DNA from: Schizochytrium sp. TIO01
Lineage: Eukaryota; Protista; Bigyra: Labyrinthulomycetes
Direction: 5' to 3'
NCBI GenBank assembly: GCA_004764695.1
Contig: SMSO01000033.1
Span: 2,790,001-2,854,000 of the forward strand
DNA length: 64,000 nucleotides
Position numbers and translations under genes: made by a program. The notes beneath the pieces were generated by a model that saw only the letters and a list, made by a program, of their open reading frames with translations, ran no database searches and was not told the origin of the DNA. Below are positions 1 to 10,397 of the stretch, one piece after another (position 1 is the first letter of the stretch; each line of letters begins with the position of its first letter).

Positions 1-2
1 TT

Positions 3-2429
3 GTCTGTCGTGAGTACCTCGCGCCGCATAAAATTGACCCCCGTCTTTTGGACCCTCGTCACGTGCTCTCGAGTGTTGAACAGGAGCAGGAGCTCACTGA
101 GCAGCAGGCGATCAACAAGCTGTTTCACAAGCACGACAAGCAGCGCCGCTCCAGAGGAGGATACAGCGAGGATTCCGGAGCTCTGGTTTTCAAGTCTGCG
201 AGTGCGCGGGACTTTATCGAGACGTCTGAGCCCGTGCAACATTTGGCTGTCATGTCTGAGATTAACTTCAAGGACGAGGCCTCCAAGCCACTGCTCGAAC
301 TTTCTATCACGACCCCCGAGATTATTGAGTACCTCGCAGATCTCAAAGTCCTCGGCAAGGCGGAGCTTCGTGCTCTTCTGCAGTGGCGAACCAAGGTCCG
401 AGACATTCTCAAGGAGCAGGGCAACGGGGACGATGATGTGGACATGGAAGCGGATGATTCCGAGGAGGAAGATGGCGAGGAGGAATCTGAAGGCGAAGAG
501 CAGGAAGACAGTGATGCTGATGACGAAGACATGGACGATATGGAGAACCTGACCGAGGAGCTCAAGAAGATCAAGGAGGCCGAGCACCAGAAACGCAAGC
601 GCGAGATCAAGAAGCTTCGCAAACAGCGCGCCAAGCTTCAGCGCCGTATTGACCTTGGCCTCGAAAACGAATTTGCGCACGACCTGTCAGAGCAGCAGGG
701 ACCCTTTAGTCTTTCCAAGATTGGCCTCAAGTCTATGCAGGAGCTGAGTGCCATTCAATCTGGCGAGGTTCCAGAGGGAGAGTCCAGTTCTGAGGAAGGC
801 GAAGAAGAGTCTGATATTAGCGAAGACTCCGAATCTGATGATGAAGAGGACTCCAACGCCGCCCTCAAGTACGAACGCAAGCGTCTCCGCGAGCTCGAGC
901 GCGAGGCCGAAGCGCTGTACAAAATGGGTCGTGTTAAGGAGCAGAACAACGACCCTCTCACAGTACGTGAACGTCGTCAGCAACTCAACGCTGAGAAGAA
1001 GGCCAAGGCCAAGAAGCGGACCCTCGAGGCGCTCGCAGACCAGGATTTTCAGCGCGCTCTTGAAGAGGAGCAGGCAAAGGCCGTCAAAGACGGAAAGTAT
1101 TCTGCCATGCTTGACCAGGACAGTAGCGAGGATGACGAAGACGAAGAAGAGGAGGAATCCGAAGAAGAGGAGTCTGAGGAGGAGGACAACGCCACGGCAC
1201 AGGCCAAGAACCCTCTTATCAAGACCATTGAGTCCAAGCCCTCCGAGTCAATGCGCGCTAAGGCATGGTTCAACCAGGAGCTCTTCGATGGCGAGCTTGA
1301 CGGCATGAGCGACGATGATGAGGACGAAGAGGAGGCAAGCGAGGGTGACGATGAGAGCTCCGAAGACGAAGACGGAGACATGCCTCTGCCGTCAGACAGA
1401 ACCGACAAGGCGCGGCGCAAGGAGAAGCGACGCAAACTCAAGTTGCGAAACGAGCGCAAGGCCGAGAAGCGGCGGCTAGCAGCCGCACGAGAGGCGGACG
1501 GTGCTTTGAACGAGGAGATGCTGCTCCAGGCCATGCCTGGCGGCTTCAAGGAAGTCAAGGCGGACGGCGGTAAGAACAAGAAGCGCCGCCGTGGCGACGA
1601 GGCTGAGGACGAGGACATTGCAGGTGTCCTAAACCGCGACGTGTCTCGCGAGTCTGACGAGGAGGAAGACGATGATGCGACCCGCGAGAAAAAAGCAGCA
1701 GCGCGAAAGGCACGCAAGCTGATTCAAAAGGGTATGGGACGACTTGGTGATGTCAAGGAATCGGACGGCTTCGAGGTAGTTGCGGCAGAGAACAACGAAG
1801 ACGACAGCGGATCCGATATTGAGGACCACGAAGACGCCTACAACAGTGAGGACTACGACACAGATGAACGGGCTCAGCATATTGCCCTGGCGGCAATGTT
1901 GACCTCCAAGTCGAAGAGACGTAAGGTGCTCGACTCTGCTTACAACCGCTACGCCTTCAACGATGATGACGGTAGCTTGCCTCAATGGTTTATCGAGGAC
2001 GAAAACAAACACAACCGCCCTCAGCTGCCTGTCACGAAGGAGATGGTCGACGCGGTGCGTGCCCGCTACAAGGATATTGCTTCCAAGCCCATCAACAAGG
2101 TTGCTGAGGCTCGTGCACGGAAGAAGCGGAAGCTTGAGTTGAAGATTGACCGCATTAAGAAGCAGGCAAATGCAGTCGCCGAGCAACCTGACCTCAACCC
2201 AGGAAGCAAAATGCGTGCGATTGAGAAACTTTACAAGGGCTCACAGATTAAGCGCCCTGGCGCAGTTTACGTGGTTGCCCGTAAGAACGGCAAAAAGTCT
2301 GCTGCTCAGGGTACCAAGACAAAGGGCAAGAGCATCAAGGTCGTGGATAAGCGTATGAAGGCAGATACTCACCGCCTCAAGAAACGTGGTCGCGGCGGCA
2401 AGCCCTCCAAGCGCTCGCGCAAGAAGTAA
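3..2429 (+). CDS. SPB1: AdoMet-dependent rRNA methyltransferase Spb1/FTSJ3, 5'-truncated by the window edge
   Basis: The frame is open from base 3 (VCREYLAPHKIDPRLLDP). It contains ADLKVLGKAELRALLQWR, long acidic tracts and Spb1 C-terminal motifs (YNRYAFND, LPQWFIEDENKH, KVAEARARKK, VVDKRMKAD). Confidence 0.93.
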   Translation, partial: VCREYLAPHKIDPRLLDPRHVLSSVEQEQELTEQQAINKLFHKHDKQRRSRGGYSEDSGALVFKSASARDFIETSEPVQHLAVMSEINFKDEASKPLLELSITTPEIIEYLADLKVLGKAELRALLQWRTKVRDILKEQGNGDDDVDMEADDSEEEDGEEESEGEEQEDSDADDEDMDDMENLTEELKKIKEAEHQKRKREIKKLRKQRAKLQRRIDLGLENEFAHDLSEQQGPFSLSKIGLKSMQELSAIQSGEVPEGESSSEEGEEESDISEDSESDDEEDSNAALKYERKRLRELEREAEALYKMGRVKEQNNDPLTVRERRQQLNAEKKAKAKKRTLEALADQDFQRALEEEQAKAVKDGKYSAMLDQDSSEDDEDEEEEESEEEESEEEDNATAQAKNPLIKTIESKPSESMRAKAWFNQELFDGELDGMSDDDEDEEEASEGDDESSEDEDGDMPLPSDRTDKARRKEKRRKLKLRNERKAEKRRLAAAREADGALNEEMLLQAMPGGFKEVKADGGKNKKRRRGDEAEDEDIAGVLNRDVSRESDEEEDDDATREKKAAARKARKLIQKGMGRLGDVKESDGFEVVAAENNEDDSGSDIEDHEDAYNSEDYDTDERAQHIALAAMLTSKSKRRKVLDSAYNRYAFNDDDGSLPQWFIEDENKHNRPQLPVTKEMVDAVRARYKDIASKPINKVAEARARKKRKLELKIDRIKKQANAVAEQPDLNPGSKMRAIEKLYKGSQIKRPGAVYVVARKNGKKSAAQGTKTKGKSIKVVDKRMKADTHRLKKRGRGGKPSKRSRKK

Positions 2430-2952
2430 AAAACATTCTACCTCGCATTATGTTCTGATGTTGCCTAAATTAGCCCATTTGATCGGGAGCTGACTTCTTT
2501 CATATCTTCTTCATAAACAAGTAAAGTAGCACAGCCCGACTTTTTGTCTTGCAACGACTTTGTCGTCTATTTTTTACATCTGAATCCATCAATAATCACT
2601 CTAGACATCCATTTACCTGTACGTGTGTCGTTTTTGTTGCCGCCCTTGGTTTTCTTGAATTGTGACTCTTTTCTAATATGTGTTCCTGCCTCAACAGTAA
2701 TTCGTCGGGTCTTCCTTGTATAGAGAAGTGTAGCGTAGCATCCCATCTAGTTCTTTCAACCTTATTAGTGCCCGCGCAGAGGCTGGTTTGCCTTACCCAT
2801 ATTGGCCTCTCATTTCATTCTTTCCATAGCTCCAGGCCGACACTCAGTATGGTCCTTGAATGGGACTTTCTCGGTTTTATTCTCTATAATAGAAGAAAGA
2901 ATATATAAATAGCTTAAGCTTTAAGAGAAACATTTTGCCTAACAAATGAGCG

Positions 2953-4206
2953 TCACCATACAGCTCGATGGTTCTCACATACACCATAAACATTGTCCAC
3001 AACAATACGCCAGGTATGAGGTCCGGATCGAAGAGTAACCATTCCAGAAAATACACCGAATGGCTGAACAAAATCACTGACAATACCTAAAACGTCAGCT
3101 CCAGTATGATCTTCGCGAATCCCGTGCGGTGTGAAAGAGAGGTTTAGTTCACACGCAGAAGAATTTGCATAAATCTTCCACACATTTGTGCCAGGAGACT
3201 GAGGGGGTATATCGACCTGGATAGCAATGGGCAAAGCATGAACTTTATGATTAATCCATAGTGCATTTTCTGCAGATATATTGGTTGCGTTTATATCATA
3301 TACGAGTCTGCTTAGGTTAATCCCTACTGGGACATATTGTTGTTGACCAAGCTCATTTGTAACACTACAAGAAAAACAGCTAAAGGAGACCCATTGCCAT
3401 TTTGTTTCTCTTAAAGCACGGGAAACGGTCCAATCAATCGTAGCAGCTCCATGTTGGAAAATCTCAGGTTCGGGGACATTTTCTGCGGATGACTGTTCTG
3501 GATTAAGGGCAATGATTGAGCCCTGAGCTTCCATTCCAGCTTCTTTATGTACATATGCTGGTCGTTGTATATCCCCACCAAGCGGATACCAAAGAACAAG
3601 CGCCTCGGAGCCCTTTTTTATTTGAATCTTGGCCCTCACATAAGGAAGGTTCACATTGAAGTGCCAAAAGCCACCGGTGAAACAAAGCTCCACTGATTCG
3701 TCTTTCCAGCCTGTAAACTTAGAACAGCCTTCCATCGATGTAGGTGCCAATGTTAAAGCACGGCCAAATGGCATCTGCCAGTGATATTCGTTAACAAGAC
3801 GCTGCGCTGATTTATCCACCACAGAGAGATACACATCTTCCACATAATTAAATTGCACAGGAGTTAATGCAATGAAATATCGCGGCGTTGACACAGATAT
3901 ATAGCTCCACGATTTGGTCTGAAACATGCGCTTCACAAAGCTTCCATTTTGACGCAGGTTCTCTAGGGATCCGATTGTAGGTGCTTTCCAGCGTCCGAAC
4001 TGCTGTTCACCAGCAGCTGGAGCTGCTCCAGCAAGAACTTCTGAACAGAGTTTAGGAAACCTTGAGCACGAGGGCAGTACTACTGCATAGGGAACGCTCA
4101 ATATCAGTTGCAGAGCTGCCCCGACAAGCAAGGCAATCGCGATTACCGCCACTGAAAGTATATGACCGCGTTTGCTTTGCTGTATTCTTGAAGCATCTTG
4201 TGACAT
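2953..4206 (-). CDS. DUF2804-like protein with an N-terminal membrane anchor
   Basis: 417-aa ORF with a hydrophobic N-terminal helix. Motifs KSWSY, DWT..RALRETKWQW, GINL, ENALWIN, SDFVQPFGVFSG and terminal GVCENHRAVW resemble DUF2804. Confidence 0.7.
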   Translation of the reverse strand: MSQDASRIQQSKRGHILSVAVIAIALLVGAALQLILSVPYAVVLPSCSRFPKLCSEVLAGAAPAAGEQQFGRWKAPTIGSLENLRQNGSFVKRMFQTKSWSYISVSTPRYFIALTPVQFNYVEDVYLSVVDKSAQRLVNEYHWQMPFGRALTLAPTSMEGCSKFTGWKDESVELCFTGGFWHFNVNLPYVRAKIQIKKGSEALVLWYPLGGDIQRPAYVHKEAGMEAQGSIIALNPEQSSAENVPEPEIFQHGAATIDWTVSRALRETKWQWVSFSCFSCSVTNELGQQQYVPVGINLSRLVYDINATNISAENALWINHKVHALPIAIQVDIPPQSPGTNVWKIYANSSACELNLSFTPHGIREDHTGADVLGIVSDFVQPFGVFSGMVTLRSGPHTWRIVVDNVYGVCENHRAVW

Positions 4207-5105
4207 GCTGCTCTGAGAGTGGCTCAGAGAACTGTTTCAAGGTAAGAAGTGGTCCAAACCTTCTCCACACGCCAAAGGCTCTTTGCTAAAGCTTTATCGC
4301 AGCCAGGCTGTACGGAAAAGAGTTCTATGTTTGAGCAGAATGTACTTCTCAGTGGCGTGACACTGATGGTACTAATACTTTTAAAAATAAATAATGCGAT
4401 CACTTCCACAGATAACTATTTGCGCTACTGTACGCCAGCATTATTTGTGAGGTTACACACCAAGTTCCAGTTCCTCCAGGATAGATGTGTGTGAATGCCA
4501 ATGCACTTGTATGTTTAGTTTTTGCCAAAGATAGGGAAGTATTACTTATCTACACAAGGTTTTGTGCTGCTTGCCTTTTGAAAGATGGTAGTAGAATGTC
4601 CCTGCCTTGTACTACTAGAATGATCCAAACCCACGAAATGTTCTTGTGAAATGTCCATCTCTTCGCCCTGTGATCCGTCGGCACCGTGCTTGCGCATTCT
4701 TCGCGATCTGCGTAAAGCTGTGAGGCCTACACTGACTCTGTTTCGAGTATCGGCTCTGGCGCAGAACTTGCATCGGCGTGCAACCACTATGAGACGAGAA
4801 ACTGAGCTTTGTTAAATTATTATGATTATTATGTATTATCATTGTTCTTTTTATCTTTCTGTGATTGTTTTTGGCTTGACAACTTGCGAAAAGATTTTAA
4901 CTTATGAATAACCTCTAACTAGTGAGAGTGACTATTTCGAATTAAAAAAGCAAAAACAAAACAAAACTAGATAGTATTTATTACATTCTATATGAAAAAA
5001 AAAAAAAAATGAAAACAATACCCTCAAATACTCTCCTGGTACTTCTCTTTCTTTGTTCAAAATAGGGCGAATCTATCATAAATGTCCTTCGTACTTACTT
5101 TGACT

Positions 5106-6968
5106 TTAAGAGAGGCTTGCAAGAACAGGTGCGGGGAGAACGACAGGGATATTACGTTCCATTGCTTCAAGTGACATTTCATCAGAAGGATCGTCCATTT
5201 TAGCCGTATACTTAGCGGGAGGCAGCGCTATTGGAACAGGAACAACAACCTCTCCCGGCGCCTGGGACTGCATGGGGGTTTGCGGATATGCTACAAGTTT
5301 TCGATTGCCACAGAACTCAGGCATAATAAGTACTCCAAGCTCCCAAGAGCTGATAGACAAATCTCCTTTGAGTGTAAATTTACCCCAAGCTGCTTTAGAC
5401 AAATTTGCGCTGGTAATACATGCCCAGCTTAAATGCCGTGGATCCGTCGGGTTGAATGCAAAGTATGACTTCATATGAGGGAATGCACGGTCCCGAGATG
5501 GATAAGCTGCAGCCGCATTCCACCAGCATAGACGAGGTCTAATACGTGACTCATAGCAAGCGGCGGATGCTTCTTTGTTCACGAAAAAGAGGCCATGCGC
5601 ATATCCAACAATCGAGCGCCGGCAATCGAGATTTGACGGAAATACAAAATGCACAGGGGCGTTTGCTTCACGTACCAGTGCTCGCTGAGCAAACTCATCA
5701 AGTGCCCAGCAAGCGTCCGTGCCATACTTTTTAGGCATAGTTTGGGAACCAAAACTAGTAAATTGGCAAACAGCAGGCCACGCTCGTTCATGAGCAGGCC
5801 TTTTCCGAAGAAAATGTTCGAGTGCAAGTTGGCCCCATTCTTTTGACCCAGGTGCTTGCTTACCTGGAATAGAAGCAATCAATGCGGCATCTGAAGTAGA
5901 AAAGTCGTATTTCCACAAGGCCCCTACGTCTGGAAGGTGGCCTTTTGCCCGAGGATTATCAGCCTCAACGGTTGCCATTTGAGCCCGAAAATATTTGAAC
6001 AGGCGCGGTGCAAATTCGCGGTTTTCACCTCGTGGGCGGTTATCTTCACGAAGAAGCTCGAAATCTTTGTACCAGACAGCATCTGTTTTGTTGAACAGGT
6101 CTTTGGCCACCAAGTTTGCGGTGTGAATGATGAGCCTAACCTTGTCCTTATAGAACAACACAAAACCCTTCGAATGGTGGCGACCGTACGGCGCTGGAGG
6201 CGGATGAAAACATTTGGTGTGTGGGTTGACTTTTTGAAGCTCTTTTTCGAGGCCCTTGTTTGTCTCGCTCCTCTGAAACGGATTTCCACCATCCATACCA
6301 TGGAAGACAAAAAGCCTTGAGATTTCACGAAACGCAGGAAATAAAAGGAAGAAGAGCTCAGGATTTAAGTCCATTGTCATCACCCAGGCTTCTTGTAAGT
6401 CATCAAGCTCTAAGCAAAGAGACGGAATGTTTACGGTTGAACAGCGCTCCAAGGGTCCCTTTTCTACACGCTTGCCATTTTCATCATGAATCTCGTTGAG
6501 ATAAAACCCATGTGGAATCCATCCATCGTCTCGCAAGTTTGCGCCACAGCTTGTGCACGCCGTAGCTGCGTCTGTATTACTGCTTGTGCAGCGTTTACAC
6601 ACAATTTCCTTCGTCGCATTCCGTTTGCCAAGCCCTAACAAGTCAGCACCGCATAAATCGCATTCCTCAGCATCTTCCGGATTACTCAAAGTGCACTGCG
6701 GGCACGAGATCTTACTCGAATCAGAACTCCTGTTTAAAGAGGGCACCTTGCTTGATGCAATTTTACCCGACATAATTTCTCTCGACGATGCTCTGCTGGA
6801 AGCAGTTGAAATGTCCACAGTCTTCATTCGTTCGCTGCTTCGGGAGCGCCGTTTTTGGGTGGTGCTGGAGTTGACCTGATGACCATCTTCTTCATCGCTA
6901 TCACTGAGGTTTGAGAGGTCAACAAGTTTTCGTTTTTCAGGGCCTGAAGTCTTTGAAGGAGAGCTCAT
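5106..6968 (-). CDS. TDP1: Tyrosyl-DNA phosphodiesterase 1 with two RanBP2/NZF-type zinc fingers
   Basis: Two HxK catalytic motifs (GRHHSK...IHTANL; PHMKSY...TSANLSKAAWG), plus LIASIPG and SWELGVL. Start placed at MSSPSK (6968); an upstream in-frame ATG lies at 7067. Confidence 0.92.
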   Translation of the reverse strand: MSSPSKTSGPEKRKLVDLSNLSDSDEEDGHQVNSSTTQKRRSRSSERMKTVDISTASSRASSREIMSGKIASSKVPSLNRSSDSSKISCPQCTLSNPEDAEECDLCGADLLGLGKRNATKEIVCKRCTSSNTDAATACTSCGANLRDDGWIPHGFYLNEIHDENGKRVEKGPLERCSTVNIPSLCLELDDLQEAWVMTMDLNPELFFLLFPAFREISRLFVFHGMDGGNPFQRSETNKGLEKELQKVNPHTKCFHPPPAPYGRHHSKGFVLFYKDKVRLIIHTANLVAKDLFNKTDAVWYKDFELLREDNRPRGENREFAPRLFKYFRAQMATVEADNPRAKGHLPDVGALWKYDFSTSDAALIASIPGKQAPGSKEWGQLALEHFLRKRPAHERAWPAVCQFTSFGSQTMPKKYGTDACWALDEFAQRALVREANAPVHFVFPSNLDCRRSIVGYAHGLFFVNKEASAACYESRIRPRLCWWNAAAAYPSRDRAFPHMKSYFAFNPTDPRHLSWACITSANLSKAAWGKFTLKGDLSISSWELGVLIMPEFCGNRKLVAYPQTPMQSQAPGEVVVPVPIALPPAKYTAKMDDPSDEMSLEAMERNIPVVLPAPVLASLS

Positions 6969-8368
6969 GGTCCTCACCTGTGAGGGCGATCTCAAGCTGC
7001 GGTTAGGGATAAAGTTTTGTCGCCTGGTAGGCTGTGAGTTCAACAGAATCGCCAGGATGCAACGCATGCAAAAGCCTAACCCGCAACTTCTGAATCACTC
7101 AAGGGTTTAACTCTGTTGCCACGTACTGCATCCGTCCTCGCTTTTCAATCGCTTTGTACAAAAGTTCGCTTCCACAGGATACGTATACTAGCAGTCGCAA
7201 GAATACGTCTCTCTGTCCAAACTTGTTGTTTCTTATTAACTTTATCAGGTCAGGAGATTTTCGATGCGTGTTGTGACACTCGATAAGCTGTGCCGCAAGT
7301 ACGCTCAAGACTGGTTTCACGAGTACCATAACTATCATGTAGAAGCTACACATGGAAAAGGAGACATCATTCTCATTCAAAACAATCAACGCGCCAGACC
7401 GTAATATAGGAGTTCTACACATTCGTGCAAATGTTGATGCTGGAAGCGGAGCCTACAGTTTACCATAGATGAGACCAAGCCTCGTAGAATCCAAACCTCT
7501 GCAAGAAATTCTACAATTACATATAGCAGTGGGTAGGTGCCTTATGTCACAAAGTAAATGTCCTCATCAATTAACACAACTTTTTGCAATGCCATTGAGG
7601 CTATGGGTACCTTCTATGAAACTGACCTTTTGATGGAATTCCATGACTGAAGAGTCTGCAATCTCTTGAACTAATTCCTTCTGATATCGTGCTTAAACTG
7701 CGATCAAGGTCGAGAGAGCCGCCTGGACACAATGGCAAACGGAGTGTAGAGTGCAATCGGATAGCGGCAGATCCGCCGCAAGACACTTCTCTACCCTTCC
7801 TATCTTTGCATCTTTAAAAACGCGAGCACGAGCCGACATAGCGCAATATTCGATCTAAAACTCGATTTAGGTAGCAAATGAAACCAAAACTGAGGTCTGC
7901 TCCGAAAAGCCTTCGTCTGACGAAGCGTAGACCTAATAAACAGGTGCCTAGATATTGACTTCGATTCCGGGGCATTGGTGTCGCTTAGCAACGATCTTTG
8001 AGCACGAATGAATCCTGGTTCGACTTGAGTAGCAAAAAACACATTTACAATGACTCGGACATGCCTTTGCCTCCTAACCAAAACCATAAGCCAAAAGGTA
8101 GCATGATTGCTATGGTGCGAAAATAAAATAAAATAAAAGAGTATGGAAGAAAAGAAAAGAAAAGAAAAAGTATCTTTATGAGATTGACATTACATTACGT
8201 TCATTTGAAAGAGAAGAATTTCAAAGAACTTGATGATGGCAAAATCGAATCGTCGTGACCACAGCAAATTTTGAACCTTTTTTTATTCTTGGACATCAAG
8301 GCAGACCAGCTTCGCCACGGCGTAAGAGGGTCAGTGAACGACTGAGTGTCTAAGGCAACTCAAGCAAG

Positions 8369-9940
8369 ATGGGCTCTCATGACGCTGATACGGGCGGCGA
8401 CGGTGCACTGTTTTTGGGCATCGATGCAGGCACGCAGTCCATCAAGGCCAGTATTTATGACGGAGGCCTCAAGCTTGTCAAGGAGTTTTCTGTAAAGTTT
8501 GACAAGGAGCTCCCGCAATATGGCACCAATGCAGGTATGATCGTGGAGGATGAGGCCGCAGGCGTGGTCCGCTCGCCGGTGCTCATGTGGTTTGAGGCGC
8601 TTGATATGGCCCTCGAGGGGGTCAGCGAGGCAGTGGATCTGTCACGAGTCGTCGCTATATCTGGGAGCGCACAACAACACTCAAGCGTCTGGTGGAGATC
8701 ATTCCCAAGCAAATTTGATGCTGGAAAGCGGCTCGTGGATCAGTTGCGCGACGAGAACTCGTTTGCTACAGAGATGTCGCCAATTTGGGCTGACTCGAGC
8801 ACCTCCGAGGAGGTCAAATTTGCCAATGATAAGGTTGGCGGGCCAGCCTCGATGCAGGTCCTTACGGGATCTGTAGGTACAGAGCGGTTCACAGGAAATC
8901 AAATTGCTCGCATGGTCAAACATAATCCGGAGGTATACGATGCTTCAAAACATATCATGCTTCTGAGTACTGCGCTCTCGAGCATCTTTCTTGGGAAGCC
9001 AGCACCAACGGAAGCAGGAGATGCAGCTGGTATGAATATGATGGAACTTGACAGAGATTGCTGGTTGACAAACCTTGAAGAAGTTTTTGATGCCCCGGGA
9101 CTAACCAAAAAGGTTGGAGAGATCTGTGAGGCGAACGCGAACCTTGGCCCTGTCTCAGATTATATGGTACAACGCTACAACTTCTCGCCTGCATGCTGCG
9201 TCGCAGCTTTCACAGGTGACAATCTGGCAACTCTAATTGGTTGTGTAGACCAGGCAGATGATGTCATTGTGAGTCTTGGCACATCAGACACAGTACTTTC
9301 TCAGCAGCCTACTCGCCAAGGCGTCAACCAGGCCGCAAGTGTGTTCCCACATCCCACTGATACGGACCTGTACATGGTCATGATTTGCTACAAGAATGGT
9401 GGGGCTGTGCGTAGCGCCTGCAAAGGAGAGGAACATAGTTGGGATGAGTTTGATGATGCCTTACTCTCTGCAGAGGATCCTGACGATCCCGATGTTTTAT
9501 TTATTAACTTTCCTCAGCGCGAAATCGCTCCTCGCCCTATCGGCCCTTGCGCCCATGCTTTCCTTGCAAAGAACAGTCAAGAAGTTGACCCGGATTCACT
9601 ATCATGGCGCCAGCGTATTCGGGGCCTCATATTGGCTCGCGCAGTATCGATCATGACTCATCTTGAGGACTGCAATGCTTCCTACAAACGAATTATTATG
9701 ACAGGTGGTGGTAGCAACAGCAAAGGTATTCAAGCAGTATTTCGTCAGGTCTTGGGTGTGACGGTGGTAGCCTCTCAGGAAGCAGACTCTGCTTCCCGTG
9801 GTGCTGCTCTTAAAGCGATGCTTTCTGTAAATCAGCCTCCAAAGAGTGCACAAGCTGCTATGTCTGAGAGAGATGAATGCTCAGAGTTTGTTTCCATTCC
9901 CAGTACGCAAACCTACCGTAACATTGAGGCAGATTTATAA
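8369..9940 (+). CDS. XYLB: Xylulose kinase (FGGY family)
   Basis: Motifs LGIDAGTQSIK, AISGSAQQH, SPIWADSST, ERFTGNQI, FTGDN, SLGTSDT, CYKNG and TGGGS. Confidence 0.92.
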   Translation: MGSHDADTGGDGALFLGIDAGTQSIKASIYDGGLKLVKEFSVKFDKELPQYGTNAGMIVEDEAAGVVRSPVLMWFEALDMALEGVSEAVDLSRVVAISGSAQQHSSVWWRSFPSKFDAGKRLVDQLRDENSFATEMSPIWADSSTSEEVKFANDKVGGPASMQVLTGSVGTERFTGNQIARMVKHNPEVYDASKHIMLLSTALSSIFLGKPAPTEAGDAAGMNMMELDRDCWLTNLEEVFDAPGLTKKVGEICEANANLGPVSDYMVQRYNFSPACCVAAFTGDNLATLIGCVDQADDVIVSLGTSDTVLSQQPTRQGVNQAASVFPHPTDTDLYMVMICYKNGGAVRSACKGEEHSWDEFDDALLSAEDPDDPDVLFINFPQREIAPRPIGPCAHAFLAKNSQEVDPDSLSWRQRIRGLILARAVSIMTHLEDCNASYKRIIMTGGGSNSKGIQAVFRQVLGVTVVASQEADSASRGAALKAMLSVNQPPKSAQAAMSERDECSEFVSIPSTQTYRNIEADL

Positions 9941-10397
9941 AGCGCAGTTATTTTACTTCTCCTTCATCCTCTAGGTACTCTCCAATAGATGCAGACGTAT
10001 GTCCCTGTTGCGTTCACACAAAACCCGAGCAGCAGCAACTCCTACTTTTTCGAATGACAAGTTGTCCCGCACACTTAGATGTCTAGTTTGAATCGAAAGA
10101 AGAGAAAAAAAAATCAGAATTTGAACAAAGACAAACACCTTCTCTAATCTTATTATTATTTTTTTCAACAGAAAGGAAATGTAGAGTGTTTGGATACATC
10201 AAGACTTGTATTTAGCAACAGTAAGTACTTACAGGTCAAATCATTCCCGTAAGATTATTCCACTCAGTGTGGTTATCTTGTTCGTGAAAACGTTTGATCA
10301 TTCACGATGGACAAATCAACTTAAAAGTCAATATTGAAAGTTAGAAAAATACAAATACAAATGCTATAGATAGTCTGTGCAATATCAACAAAGGTTT

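Noticed and set aside
1579-1589. 11-nt matches to the predicted guide (also near 45863)
   Set aside because: Too short to exceed chance and not preceded by the candidate TAM.
1-2358. Long Ser-rich alternative and antisense ORFs over SPB1
   Set aside because: Shadows of Glu/Asp-rich, codon-biased coding sequence.
7099-8087. Short minus-strand ORFs between TDP1 and XYLB
   Set aside because: No recognisable motifs; cannot be distinguished from intergenic sequence.
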